The notes below the pieces were generated by a model. That model was not told the origin of the DNA and did not search any database. It saw nothing but the letters and a program-made list of their open reading frames with translations. Source: Methanobacteriota archaeon (GTDB lineage: Archaea > Halobacteriota > Bog-38 > Methanoflorentales > Methanoflorentaceae). Taken from it: a stretch of 64,000 nt of DNA. The stretch lies in the NCBI GenBank assembly GCA_003139855.1, contig PLGY01000025.1, positions 9,289 to 73,288 on the forward strand, written 5' to 3'. Within the stretch, counting starts at the first letter, position 1, and each line of letters starts with the position of its first letter. The position numbers and the translations under genes were made by a program. Shown here in pieces: positions 26,995 through 36,172 of this stretch.

Positions 26995-28224
26995 GTGCGA
27001 AGTGATACGGTGAAAGCCATTGTCTTAGCTGCAGGTGAAGGAACACGATTAAGGCCATTCACACTGACACAACCGAAAGCAATGGTACCGGTGGCTAACA
27101 GGCCCATTCTTGAATACGTGATCGATTCTCTTGCAGGTTGCGGCGTCACTGACATCAGTTTGGTAGTCGGCTACAAAAAAGAAAAAGTAATGAACTATTT
27201 TGAGGGTGGCAAAAAATTCGGCGTTAAAATAAACTATGTTGAGCAGCCGCAGCAGCTCGGAACTGCTCACGCTATAAAGTTGGCCGAAGACTCAATCGAG
27301 GAAAACTTCCTAGTTCTAAATGGCGACAATCTCACCAGCCCGCAAGCTATAGAAGAAGTTATGAGCAATGCATCAGGCGACGTGACGCTCCTTCTGACCG
27401 TGAAAGAAAACGTTAAGGGCTATGGAGTCGTCACGACTGAAGGCAACCGCGTCACTCAAATAGTCGAAAAGCCCGGTACGGATATTAGCCATTATATCAA
27501 TACGGGTATCTACGTTTTTGCTCCTGCTGCCTTCAATGAGATACCTTACACAAAGATATCTTCTAGGGGTGAATACGAGATAACAGATACTATCCAAAGG
27601 ATGATCGAGAAGCAGTATGACGTCAAAGGCGTCCACACTACCTCCATGTGGATCGATGCTAGTTACCCGTGGGATTTGCTAAACGCAAACGCGGCAGTGC
27701 TTGCTTCTATTAAAGAGGCTTCTGCCCACGAAAACGGCCAAATCGAAGACGATGCTAAAGTGAGGGGAAGCGTCATTGTCGGCGAAAACTCGATAATACG
27801 TTCTGGGTCTTATGTGCTCGGGCCGGTCGTCATAGGTAGAGACGCTGAGATTGGGCCTAACGTGACTATACTCCCGTCGACGAGCATCGGAAATGGCGTT
27901 ACCATCGACTCGTTTACCGAGGTGCGAAATTCCTTAGTCATGAACGACGTGCGACTGGGCTCTCACTCTCTCGTCGCAAATTCTGTCATTGGAAAAAATA
28001 CAATGATCGGTTCCCATTTCATCACGGAGCAAACGAAGCTTGCTATGCCATTTCTTGACGGAGAACTGCATCACGTAATGAATTTAGGTGCGATAATCGG
28101 CGAGAATTGTCGTTTCGGGCATGGCATTCTCGTTGAAGCTGGAAAAATCATTGGTGTGCATTGCACCGTGGAATCTGCTACAACGATAAGAAAGAACGTC
28201 GATAACTATAGTAACATCGTTTGA
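26995..28224 (+). CDS. Sugar-1-phosphate nucleotidylyltransferase with C-terminal LbH domain (second GlmU-like paralog)
   Basis: 409 aa with LAAGEGTRLRPFTLTQPKAMVPV and C-terminal hexapeptide repeats. The true start may be the GTG at 27010 (VKAIVLAAGEG). Confidence 0.8.
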   Translation: MRSDTVKAIVLAAGEGTRLRPFTLTQPKAMVPVANRPILEYVIDSLAGCGVTDISLVVGYKKEKVMNYFEGGKKFGVKINYVEQPQQLGTAHAIKLAEDSIEENFLVLNGDNLTSPQAIEEVMSNASGDVTLLLTVKENVKGYGVVTTEGNRVTQIVEKPGTDISHYINTGIYVFAPAAFNEIPYTKISSRGEYEITDTIQRMIEKQYDVKGVHTTSMWIDASYPWDLLNANAAVLASIKEASAHENGQIEDDAKVRGSVIVGENSIIRSGSYVLGPVVIGRDAEIGPNVTILPSTSIGNGVTIDSFTEVRNSLVMNDVRLGSHSLVANSVIGKNTMIGSHFITEQTKLAMPFLDGELHHVMNLGAIIGENCRFGHGILVEAGKIIGVHCTVESATTIRKNVDNYSNIV

Positions 28225-28414
28225 GGCACGCTGCAGGCACAGCTTACTATCACCAAAATGCGCGCGAAGCTTTCAAAAGCTAAAGGTGCTTGCCCTTCGT
28301 CGCATGTAGCAACGTGGGAATTCAAAGCCAAGAAAGTGCGAACGCTTGACGTTACGATCGATTTCAAAGAAGCTCATAAACTCGATGTTTTTTGATTTAA
28401 TTGCCACAGAAGCT

Positions 28415-28423
28415 TTTATATAC
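28415..28423 (+). promoter_or_regulatory. TATA box upstream of grpE-dnaK-dnaJ
   Basis: ttttatata lies about 35 nt upstream of a GGAGGT (28458-28463) that precedes the grpE reading frame. Confidence 0.4.
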
Positions 28424-28533
28424 AGTGCAAACATACAAAAAAGTAGTCTTTTCTTACGGAGGTATCGCTGATTCAACAAGATGACGATCAGGAGCTTGTC
28501 GAAGTCGAAATTCCCCCTGAGGAAGCAGCTCTT

Positions 28534-29001
28534 TTGGAAGAGCTTGACAACGTGAAAGAACAGAACGAGGAATACCTTTCGCGCTTGCAAAGGCTTCAAG
28601 CTGACTTCGAGAACTTTAAGCGACGCACTAAAATCCAAAGCAAGGATGTCGCTAAGTATGCATCCATTGAGCTGATCAGGGAGTTACTTGATATCTCTGA
28701 TAATCTCGAGCGAGCTGCTCAGGCACTGAGGGCTGGGGGAGTCCAAGGTGTCTACGAAGGAATCGAGTTGATAAACAGGCAGCTATGTGATATTTTGAGT
28801 AGGAACGGAGTCACCAGGATAGAATCGGTTGGAGAGTTGTTTGACCCATACGTACACGAAGCGATCATGAGCGTAAGTGACACTGCACTGCCAGATAGCG
28901 TGATAACAGAGGAGATCCTAAAGGGTTACAAGCTCTATGACAAAGTGATTAGGCCCTCTAAAGTGAAGGTCAACAAAGGCACAAATGGGGTGGACCAATG
29001 A
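28534..29001 (+). CDS. grpE: Nucleotide exchange factor GrpE (start uncertain, may lie near 28468)
   Basis: It has a coiled-coil N-terminus ([14 protein letters not shown]) and a GrpE C-terminal domain (FDPYVHEAI...[14 protein letters not shown]). The frame is open upstream to 28447 and encodes an acidic GrpE-like tail, but only CTG/ATT codons follow the SD. Confidence 0.85.
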   Translation: MEELDNVKEQNEEYLSRLQRLQADFENFKRRTKIQSKDVAKYASIELIRELLDISDNLERAAQALRAGGVQGVYEGIELINRQLCDILSRNGVTRIESVGELFDPYVHEAIMSVSDTALPDSVITEEILKGYKLYDKVIRPSKVKVNKGTNGVDQ

Positions 29002-30797
29002 GCAAAGCAATAGGCATAGATTTAGGCACGACTAATTCCGTCGTCGCAGTCATGGAAGGAGGAGAGCCAGTAGTAATTCCAAACGCAGAAGGAAATCGAA
29101 CGACGCCTTCTGTCGTGGCATTTATAAAGAACGAACGCGCCGTGGGCGAGATTGCAAAACGGCAAGCGATCACTAATCCTGATCATACCATTTCGTCCAT
29201 AAAGAGGAAGATGGGCTCCGACTACAAGGTCACCATCGAAGGCAAGACGTACACGCCGCAAGAAATCTCAGCAATGATCATACAGAAACTAAGGCAAGAT
29301 GCTGAGAACTATCTTGGCGAGAAAGTGAACCAAGCAGTTGTTACGGTTCCAGCGTACTTCACTGATAGCCAACGGCAGGCTACCAAAGACGCGGGGACCA
29401 TCGCAGGCCTTGAAGTTCTACGGATCATTAATGAGCCGACGGCGGCTTCCCTCGCGTACGGCTTGGATAAGGGAGAGGAGCAAACGATTTTGGTTTTCGA
29501 CCTTGGCGGCGGAACATTTGACGTTTCAATACTCGACATAGGCGAGGGCATATTCGAAGTAAAAGCCACCAGCGGAAATAACCTGCTCGGCGGCGACGAC
29601 TTCGACCAAAGGATCATTGATTACCTGGCTGACCAGTTTAAAAAGGAACAAGGCATCGATTTAAGAAACGACAAGATGGCCGTGCAGAGACTCAAGGAAG
29701 CCGCAGAGAAGGCAAAGATAGAGCTGTCAACGCTCACCAGTTCCGAGGTAAACTTGCCGTTTATCACGGCCGATCAAAATGGTCCAAAACACTTGGACAT
29801 CACCCTGACGCGGGCGCAATTTGACAAGCTGAGCGAGGATCTGATCGAAAAGACGATGGGTCCGACTAGGCAAGCCATGAAAGATGCCGGACTTAATCCA
29901 AATGATGTGGATCGAGTGCTGCTCGTCGGCGGGTCTACGCGCATTCCCGCGGTTCAAAACGCCATAAAGAAGTACTTAGGCAAAGATCCCGATCGCACTA
30001 TCAACCCGGATGAGTGCGTCGCGATCGGGGCTGCGATACAAGCGGGCGTGCTTGTCGGCGAGGTAAAAGACGTTTTGCTGCTCGACGTCACTCCCCTGTC
30101 GCTGGGAATTGAGACCCTCGGCGCGGTATTCACCAAACTAATTGAAAAGAATACAACAATTCCGACAAAAAAATCTCAAGTGTTTTCAACTGCAGCTGAT
30201 AACCAAACCTCCGTCGAGATTCACGTGCTTCAGGGCGAACGTGAAATGGTCGCTGGCAATAAGACGCTCGGACGATTTCAGTTGGTGGGAATCCTTCCAG
30301 CACCGCGAGGTGTCCCGCAAATCGAAGTCACATTCGATATAGACGCCAATGGCATTGTGCACGTTTCGGCAAAGGATCTGGGAACGGGCAACGAGCAAAA
30401 GATTACCATCACGTCGACCAGTGGTCTGAGCAAAGAAGAGATCAATGGGTTGGTGAAAGACGCAGAAACTCACGCTGACGAGGATCGAAAGAGAAAGGAA
30501 GAAGCCGAGATAAGAAACAGCGCGGATTCTATGGTCTACACGGCGGAGAAAACGCTGAGAGAGGTAGGGGATAAGATCGACGAGTCGCGTAAGAGTAAGG
30601 TCACGGCCGAAATTGAAAAAGTGCGCGATGCGCTGAAAGGCGCAGATATTGATGTCATCAAGCAGGCAACAGAACAGCTCACGACCACAATCTATGAGAT
30701 CTCGACTGAGCTCTATGCTAAAACTGCAGAAAAGGCTCAGGAGAAAGCCCCGGCCGGAGAGTCGGACTACGAGGTAGTTGACGAGAACGAGAAGTAG
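28998..30797 (+). CDS. dnaK: Hsp70 chaperone DnaK
   Basis: 599 aa with [17 protein letters not shown] and the other full-length Hsp70 signatures. Confidence 0.95.
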   Translation: MSKAIGIDLGTTNSVVAVMEGGEPVVIPNAEGNRTTPSVVAFIKNERAVGEIAKRQAITNPDHTISSIKRKMGSDYKVTIEGKTYTPQEISAMIIQKLRQDAENYLGEKVNQAVVTVPAYFTDSQRQATKDAGTIAGLEVLRIINEPTAASLAYGLDKGEEQTILVFDLGGGTFDVSILDIGEGIFEVKATSGNNLLGGDDFDQRIIDYLADQFKKEQGIDLRNDKMAVQRLKEAAEKAKIELSTLTSSEVNLPFITADQNGPKHLDITLTRAQFDKLSEDLIEKTMGPTRQAMKDAGLNPNDVDRVLLVGGSTRIPAVQNAIKKYLGKDPDRTINPDECVAIGAAIQAGVLVGEVKDVLLLDVTPLSLGIETLGAVFTKLIEKNTTIPTKKSQVFSTAADNQTSVEIHVLQGEREMVAGNKTLGRFQLVGILPAPRGVPQIEVTFDIDANGIVHVSAKDLGTGNEQKITITSTSGLSKEEINGLVKDAETHADEDRKRKEEAEIRNSADSMVYTAEKTLREVGDKIDESRKSKVTAEIEKVRDALKGADIDVIKQATEQLTTTIYEISTELYAKTAEKAQEKAPAGESDYEVVDENEK

Positions 30798-30813
30798 TGC
30801 GCTAGCATGCCCT

Positions 30814-31992
30814 ATGAAACGCGATTACTACGAAGTGCTAGGAGTCGGTAAGACTGCCACCGAAGCTGAAATAAAAAAGGCTTATCGTAAACTTGCCCTA
30901 AAACACCATCCAGACGTCAGCCCTGACAAAAGCGAGGCAGAGGAGAAGTTCAAAGAGATCACTGAAGCTTATGAAATACTCAGCAATCCAAGCAAGCGTG
31001 CAACCTATGACAGAGTGGGGCAGTCTGGTTTCCAGCAAGGTGCGTCTGGCTTCCAGCAAGGTGCGTCCGCTGCTGGCTTCAGCGATTTCGGCGGGTTTGG
31101 TGGCTTTTCCGATATTTTTGAAACGTTTTTCGGAGGCGGGTTCGGGGAGAGTCCATTCCGAACTCAAACCAGGGCGCGCCCGTCAGGTCCGCAAAGAGGT
31201 CCCGATGCCGCAGTTGACGTTCAAGTGTCATTTGAGGAGTCAATTTTTGGAACAGAAGTTAGTGTTGAAGTCCCACGTTATGAACGCTGTGAACATTGTG
31301 CGGGAACCGGCGCTGAACCCGGCACTGACATAAAAACGTGTCCGTCCTGCGGTGGCAGCGGTGAGATACACAAGGCTCAGAACATCTTTGGGGCTCAGCT
31401 TATCAGAATAGAAACGTGCCCTCAATGCCGAGGTGAGGGAAAGGTTTTTGAGACTGCGTGCAAGAGCTGCAGGAGCGCCGGAAGGCTACGAACAACTAAG
31501 ATAGTGCCGATCAAAGTCCCTCCAGGAGCATATACGGGCTTGCATATCCGAAAACCTGGGGAGGGTTCGGCAGGCGCCCGGAGCGGGCCTTCAGGCGATT
31601 TGCTCGTCGTCGTGCGCGTGTTACCACATCCGATCTTCAAACGTGAGGGCGACGACATCCATAGCGATTTATCAATCAGCGTGTCAGCTGCGGCATTGGG
31701 CGGGCAAATTGAAGTGCCTTCGGTATACGGAGCGTTAAAAGTGGATCTTCCTGAAGGAACGCAGGGCGGCACAACTATCCGCCTGAGAGACAAGGGAGCC
31801 CCCAGCGTTCACAGGCGTGGCCGCGGCGACCAGTACACGACATTGATCGTTGAAATTCCGAAGAATCTGTCCGAAAGAGAGAAGGAGCTCTTTCGTGAAC
31901 TAGCATCTCTAAAGGGTGAGGCCATAAAGCGAGCTAGTCGCAAGGCTAAGGTTTTTAGCACCGTCAAGGATGTCTTTGGCGCTAACGATTGA
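30814..31992 (+). CDS. dnaJ: Hsp40 co-chaperone DnaJ
   Basis: It has a J domain ([11 protein letters not shown]...HPD), a G/F region and four CxxCxGxG zinc-finger repeats. I chose the ATG at 30814, downstream of the dnaK stop. Confidence 0.9.
   Translation: MKRDYYEVLGVGKTATEAEIKKAYRKLALKHHPDVSPDKSEAEEKFKEITEAYEILSNPSKRATYDRVGQSGFQQGASGFQQGASAAGFSDFGGFGGFSDIFETFFGGGFGESPFRTQTRARPSGPQRGPDAAVDVQVSFEESIFGTEVSVEVPRYERCEHCAGTGAEPGTDIKTCPSCGGSGEIHKAQNIFGAQLIRIETCPQCRGEGKVFETACKSCRSAGRLRTTKIVPIKVPPGAYTGLHIRKPGEGSAGARSGPSGDLLVVVRVLPHPIFKREGDDIHSDLSISVSAAALGGQIEVPSVYGALKVDLPEGTQGGTTIRLRDKGAPSVHRRGRGDQYTTLIVEIPKNLSEREKELFRELASLKGEAIKRASRKAKVFSTVKDVFGAND
31024..31065. repeat. 21-bp in-frame tandem duplication in the dnaJ G/F region
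   Basis: tctggtttccagcaaggtgcg is followed by tctggcttccagcaaggtgcg (1 mismatch). Together they encode [14 protein letters not shown]. Confidence 0.9.
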
Positions 31993-32018
31993 AACCCGCC
32001 TCAAGGCATCGTTTGCGC

Positions 32019-32822
32019 ATGTATCCCCTTTCACTAAACGAACCGGCGCTTGCTGAAATAACTCGGCAGCTTAAAAACTTTATACAAGGCAGCGTGCGAT
32101 CTGCCAGAGCTAAAGGAGCGGTCGTTGCATTGAGTGGGGGCGTGGACTCCTCTGTCGTAGCCGCGTTGGCGCATGACGTTGTGGACACTAAAGCGTTGAT
32201 ACTCCCCGAAACAGCGGTCACCTCGGCGCAAGATGTTCTCGACGCAACATCTATCGCAGAAGTGTATGGGCTGCCGTTCACGGTAATCGAAATCAACGAC
32301 CTGATCGACTGCTTTAAAGAAGCGGCGCGTCCCATACTGCCTGTGCGCATGAATGGTCAAGTTTCGATCGCCGAAGCAAACTTGAAGCCCCGGATTAGAA
32401 TGACGTTGAGTTATGTCACGTCGAACGCAGACTTGCGACTAGTTTTAGGAACAGGCAATAAGACAGAGTTACTCATAGGCTACTTCACGAAGTACGGAGA
32501 CGGCGGCGTTGACGCTTTGCCCATAGGCAGCCTGTATAAAACTCAAGTGTTTCAGTTGGCACGATACGTGGGGATTCCTGATAGAATAATCTCGAAAGCC
32601 CCTTCTGCTGGACTTTGGTTAGGACAAACTGATGAGGAAGAACTAGGTCTTTCGTACGATGTCCTTGATCGGATCTTGCTAGAGCTGATTGACAAGGAGA
32701 AAACCGTCAAGGAAACCGCCAAGCTGCTGGACGTGGAACCAAAACGGGTTCAAGAAATCTCTGATCAAGTGCTTCGCGCTAAACACAAAAGACACACCCC
32801 ACTGCTTCCAACCATAACATAA
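32019..32822 (+). CDS. nadE: NH3-dependent NAD+ synthetase
   Basis: It has the PP-loop SGGVDSSV and LVLGTGNKTELLIGYFTKYGDGG. An alternative TTG start at 31989 overlaps the dnaJ stop. Confidence 0.85.
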   Translation: MYPLSLNEPALAEITRQLKNFIQGSVRSARAKGAVVALSGGVDSSVVAALAHDVVDTKALILPETAVTSAQDVLDATSIAEVYGLPFTVIEINDLIDCFKEAARPILPVRMNGQVSIAEANLKPRIRMTLSYVTSNADLRLVLGTGNKTELLIGYFTKYGDGGVDALPIGSLYKTQVFQLARYVGIPDRIISKAPSAGLWLGQTDEEELGLSYDVLDRILLELIDKEKTVKETAKLLDVEPKRVQEISDQVLRAKHKRHTPLLPTIT

Positions 32823-32869
32823 GGCCGAGTTTTTAAGACTTGTTACGCGTTCAAAGAGAAACAGCAACT

Positions 32870-33850
32870 TCAGCGCGGGGAAATTTTTATATCGAGTACG
32901 ACGTGGTACTGCCGGGGAGCGTAGGACCTTACTTTCTTGAGGCAAGTTCCTTCGACCGTTCTATCAAATCTTCCGACAGCTTCCTTAATTCTTTCAATCG
33001 TACGAGGAAACTCGTTTTCGGGCTCGACGTCGTAATAATGGACAAAGCCGCCACTCTCACTAAGCATCGTTACTGCGTCGTACAGGAAATCAAAGGCGGA
33101 ATGCGGTAAATTCATAATGACGCGGTCTGCTGCGCCTATAAATTTAGGGGCTAGATCTTTTGCGTCGCCGGAGCACGCCTCGACGTTGTGCAACCTGTTC
33201 AGTTCGATGTTCTTCTTCAAGCAGCGAAAGGCCTTGGGATTCTTCTCAAAGGCAATTCCTTTTTTAACTTTCTTAGCTAACAGTATCGTAAAAGGCCCGA
33301 CGCCCGCGAACATGTCCACCACGGTTTCCCGTGACTGCGCTAACTCGGCTATTCTATGTCTTTCTGTTGCTAGCCGTGGGCTGAAATAGACGCCCGCAAC
33401 ATCCACTCGCAGTCTGGAGCCATATTCTTTGTGCACCGTTTCCGTCCGTCTTTCCCCAGCGACGAAGACAAGGTCTTTGAGCCGATATTGACCACCTACG
33501 CCACTAACAGCTGCCAGCACAACTTTGATGTCTCTTCGTGTCTCCAGAAGCTCTGTCGCGGCGGCTAGAATGCCGTCGAACCAGTCAATTATGGCGATAT
33601 CTCCAATGACATCGTACCGGATTCCAAGCCTCTTGCGAAGCGGTCGCAGCCGTGGTTTCAAAGCACAGGGTTCAAGATCATAGCGAAGCTCATCAGCTTC
33701 TCCTTTGAAAGGGATATAAAGTCGACCGCGTCGTTCTTCTATTCCGTAGCTCTCATCTAAGAGGTCAAGTTCCTTGAGCTCTTTTCTGACCCGCTCGCCT
33801 TCTCGCTTTGGTACACTCACGCACAATTTCTTTTTCGTCGGCACAGGCAT
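32870..33850 (-). CDS. trm5: tRNA (guanine37-N1)-methyltransferase Trm5 / Taw22 family
   Basis: 326 aa with the SAM-binding VVDMFAGVGPFTI motif and an NLP catalytic motif (IMNLPHSA). Confidence 0.75.
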   Translation of the reverse strand: MPVPTKKKLCVSVPKREGERVRKELKELDLLDESYGIEERRGRLYIPFKGEADELRYDLEPCALKPRLRPLRKRLGIRYDVIGDIAIIDWFDGILAAATELLETRRDIKVVLAAVSGVGGQYRLKDLVFVAGERRTETVHKEYGSRLRVDVAGVYFSPRLATERHRIAELAQSRETVVDMFAGVGPFTILLAKKVKKGIAFEKNPKAFRCLKKNIELNRLHNVEACSGDAKDLAPKFIGAADRVIMNLPHSAFDFLYDAVTMLSESGGFVHYYDVEPENEFPRTIERIKEAVGRFDRTVEGTCLKKVRSYAPRQYHVVLDIKISPR

Positions 33851-34012
33851 CGCACGCTATAAGAACACGCGACGCTTATCTTCTTTCTGGTCTCTAAAGT
33901 CTGAGGCACGAGAGTCAAAATGAATTGAAGATTCCAATTTGCCGAGAGAAAAAGCTATTTCATTAGATGCTAAGCTATCTGCCGAATCCTGCTCGCGAAA
34001 TGAGGTGATGCG

Positions 34013-34789
34013 GTGCTGACCTTCGTTGGCTTAGGCTTGTACGACGAAGAAGACGTAACGGTGAAAGGACTAAAAGCGATCGAAAATGCTGATGTGATAT
34101 ATGCGGAGTTCTATACCTCAAAGCTTCTAGGAACCACAATTGAGAAATTGGAAGAATTCTATAAGCGCGAAATCCGTCTGCTGGACAGAAATGATGTTGA
34201 GCAAGCTCCTGACGAGACGGTTTTGCGAGATGCCGAGTGCAAGAATGTCGCTTTCTTAACGGCGGGCGACGCGATGATCTCTACAACGCACGTCGATTTA
34301 AGGATACGGGCGCACGACAGAGGGATAGACACCCAAATTATTCACGGGACATCGATTGCTACGGCGGTATGCGGATTAACGGGGCTTCAAAACTACCGTT
34401 TTGGCAAGTCGGCAACTATTGCGTTTCCTTACCGAAACGTGTCTGACGTGCCCTACGACACGGTTATGGCAAACTTGAGAAGTGATCTCCACACGTTGCT
34501 CTTCTTGGATATACAGGAAGAGTTTATGAAGCTTGGCCATGGAATCGAACTGTTGCTTCATAGTGAACATGAGAAGGGGCGCAATCAGTTGGCATCTCTG
34601 CTAGCCGTGGGCATCGCGCGAGCGGGGTCGCGTTCACCGACGGTTAAAGCAGACGTGTTGGCGAGGCTCAAGGAGTACGATTTTGGGCCTCCCTTGCACG
34701 TCCTTGTCATACCCGCGTCACTTCACATCGTGGAAAAGCAGGCGCTTCAAACGTTTGCTGGTGCTCAAAATGTCCCAGATTGTGGATAA
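34013..34789 (+). CDS. dphB: Diphthine synthase
   Basis: This is a 258-aa tetrapyrrole-methylase fold. It has MLTFVGLGLYDEEDVTVKG...VAFLTAGDAMISTTH. The GTG start is preceded by GAGGTGA. Confidence 0.85.
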   Translation: MLTFVGLGLYDEEDVTVKGLKAIENADVIYAEFYTSKLLGTTIEKLEEFYKREIRLLDRNDVEQAPDETVLRDAECKNVAFLTAGDAMISTTHVDLRIRAHDRGIDTQIIHGTSIATAVCGLTGLQNYRFGKSATIAFPYRNVSDVPYDTVMANLRSDLHTLLFLDIQEEFMKLGHGIELLLHSEHEKGRNQLASLLAVGIARAGSRSPTVKADVLARLKEYDFGPPLHVLVIPASLHIVEKQALQTFAGAQNVPDCG

Positions 34790-35021
34790 AGTAGCGCTGT
34801 ATGAAACGATGCTCCGCATCGCTCTGGAACGTGCAGACATTGTTGTAAACAAGAAATGTGCTACCGACGTTTTGACCATGGCGCGGTCCTATTATGAGGA
34901 TGGAGTCTATTTTCGGACAAGCGGCGATTTGGTCAATGCACTGGTCTGCTTTAGCTACGGCCACGGGTGGCTTGACGCGGGTGTGCGTGTAGGGGCGCTT
35001 CAGGCCCAACAAAGAGAGTAG
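34770..35021 (+). CDS. DUF357 family small protein
   Basis: 83 aa with ...ARSYYEDGVYFRTSGDLVNALVCFSYGHGWLDAG, the archaeal DUF357 pattern. It overlaps the dphB end by 20 nt. Confidence 0.55.
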   Translation: MSQIVDKVALYETMLRIALERADIVVNKKCATDVLTMARSYYEDGVYFRTSGDLVNALVCFSYGHGWLDAGVRVGALQAQQRE

Positions 35022-35110
35022 CCGTGGCTCTTCGGCTGAATTAGCGCTCGCATCTTGATTGGACAGCCTTGGTGCCAATATTAATTAACTTTGTTGACTT
35101 ACATTGAAGT

Positions 35111-35455
35111 ATGCCCAACTATTATGTCACGCTCGAGGCTGCGTGGTTGGTGAAGGACGTCAAATCGGTAGATGACGCCATAGGCATAGCAATATCGGAG
35201 GCGGGCAAACGCTTAAACCCAAAACTGAGCAAGGTTGAAGTGGCGGTCGGGTCGATGTCGTGCCCTGCCTGCGGCGAAGTATTCGACAGCGTCTATTTGG
35301 TGGCTAATACCGCTCTTGTCGGGCTAATACTCGAGATAAAAGTCGTAAATGCCGAAAATGAGTCGCACGCGGCAAAGATCGCAAAGGCGGTAATTGGTAA
35401 AGCGTTAGCTGACGTGCCGCTGAAAACAATTGATGTCGCCCTCAAGGAAGGTTAA
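35111..35455 (+). CDS. UPF0212 (DUF555) family protein with CPxCG knuckle
   Basis: [37 protein letters not shown]...CPACGE is the typical UPF0212 N-terminus. Confidence 0.7.
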   Translation: MPNYYVTLEAAWLVKDVKSVDDAIGIAISEAGKRLNPKLSKVEVAVGSMSCPACGEVFDSVYLVANTALVGLILEIKVVNAENESHAAKIAKAVIGKALADVPLKTIDVALKEG

Positions 35456-35490
35456 GTACCACTGTTTTTCTTTCCCTAGTTGGAGTCTGA

Positions 35491-36156
35491 ATGCGATTGA
35501 TTGCTCTGATTTCTGGAGGCAAGGATTCTGTCTGCGCGTTGAATTGCGCGTTGCGTGAACACGAAGTTGTAGAGTTAGTCAACGTTCAGGCCGTAGAAGA
35601 CTCGTTCCTGTACCACGTGCCGTGCTCACGTCTCACTCGCCTAATTTCGGAGGCCGTTGACATTCCGTTAGTGTCGGGCGTATCGTTTTCGCACGAGGAT
35701 GAATTGACATTGTTGAAAACTCTCCTGCAAGGCGCGGAAGCGGACGGCGTTGTAGCTGGCACGATAGCGTCGAACTACCAAATGAGCCGACTCAAGAAAC
35801 TATGCGTTGAGCTTGAATTGAAGTTGTATGCCCCCTTGTGGAACAAAGGCAGTGAACGCTTGTTACGGGCAATGGCGGGCTCAATGGATATTATCGTTGT
35901 TCAGGTCGCTGCTTATGGAATGACTGAATCGTGGCTCGGCAGGAAACTCGATGAAGGGGCGGTCGATGATTTATCCGAATTGCATAGAAAATACGGGGTG
36001 CACATTATGGGCGAGGGCGGCGAGTACGAAACACTTGTTCTGGACGCTCCTATCTTTAAAAGGCGCATTAAAGTAATGAATTATGACAAGAAGTGGTTTA
36101 GTGAGCAATGGAGAGGGTGCTTGGAGATTCACGAGTTCAAACTCGAAGACAAATGA
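35491..36156 (+). CDS. PP-loop ATPase of the MJ0570 / diphthine-ammonia ligase (Dph6-like) family
   Basis: 221 aa with ALISGGKDS (PP-loop) and a C-terminal GEGGEYETLVLDAP motif. Confidence 0.7.
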   Translation: MRLIALISGGKDSVCALNCALREHEVVELVNVQAVEDSFLYHVPCSRLTRLISEAVDIPLVSGVSFSHEDELTLLKTLLQGAEADGVVAGTIASNYQMSRLKKLCVELELKLYAPLWNKGSERLLRAMAGSMDIIVVQVAAYGMTESWLGRKLDEGAVDDLSELHRKYGVHIMGEGGEYETLVLDAPIFKRRIKVMNYDKKWFSEQWRGCLEIHEFKLEDK

Positions 36157-36172
36157 GAACGTGGTGGACTAG

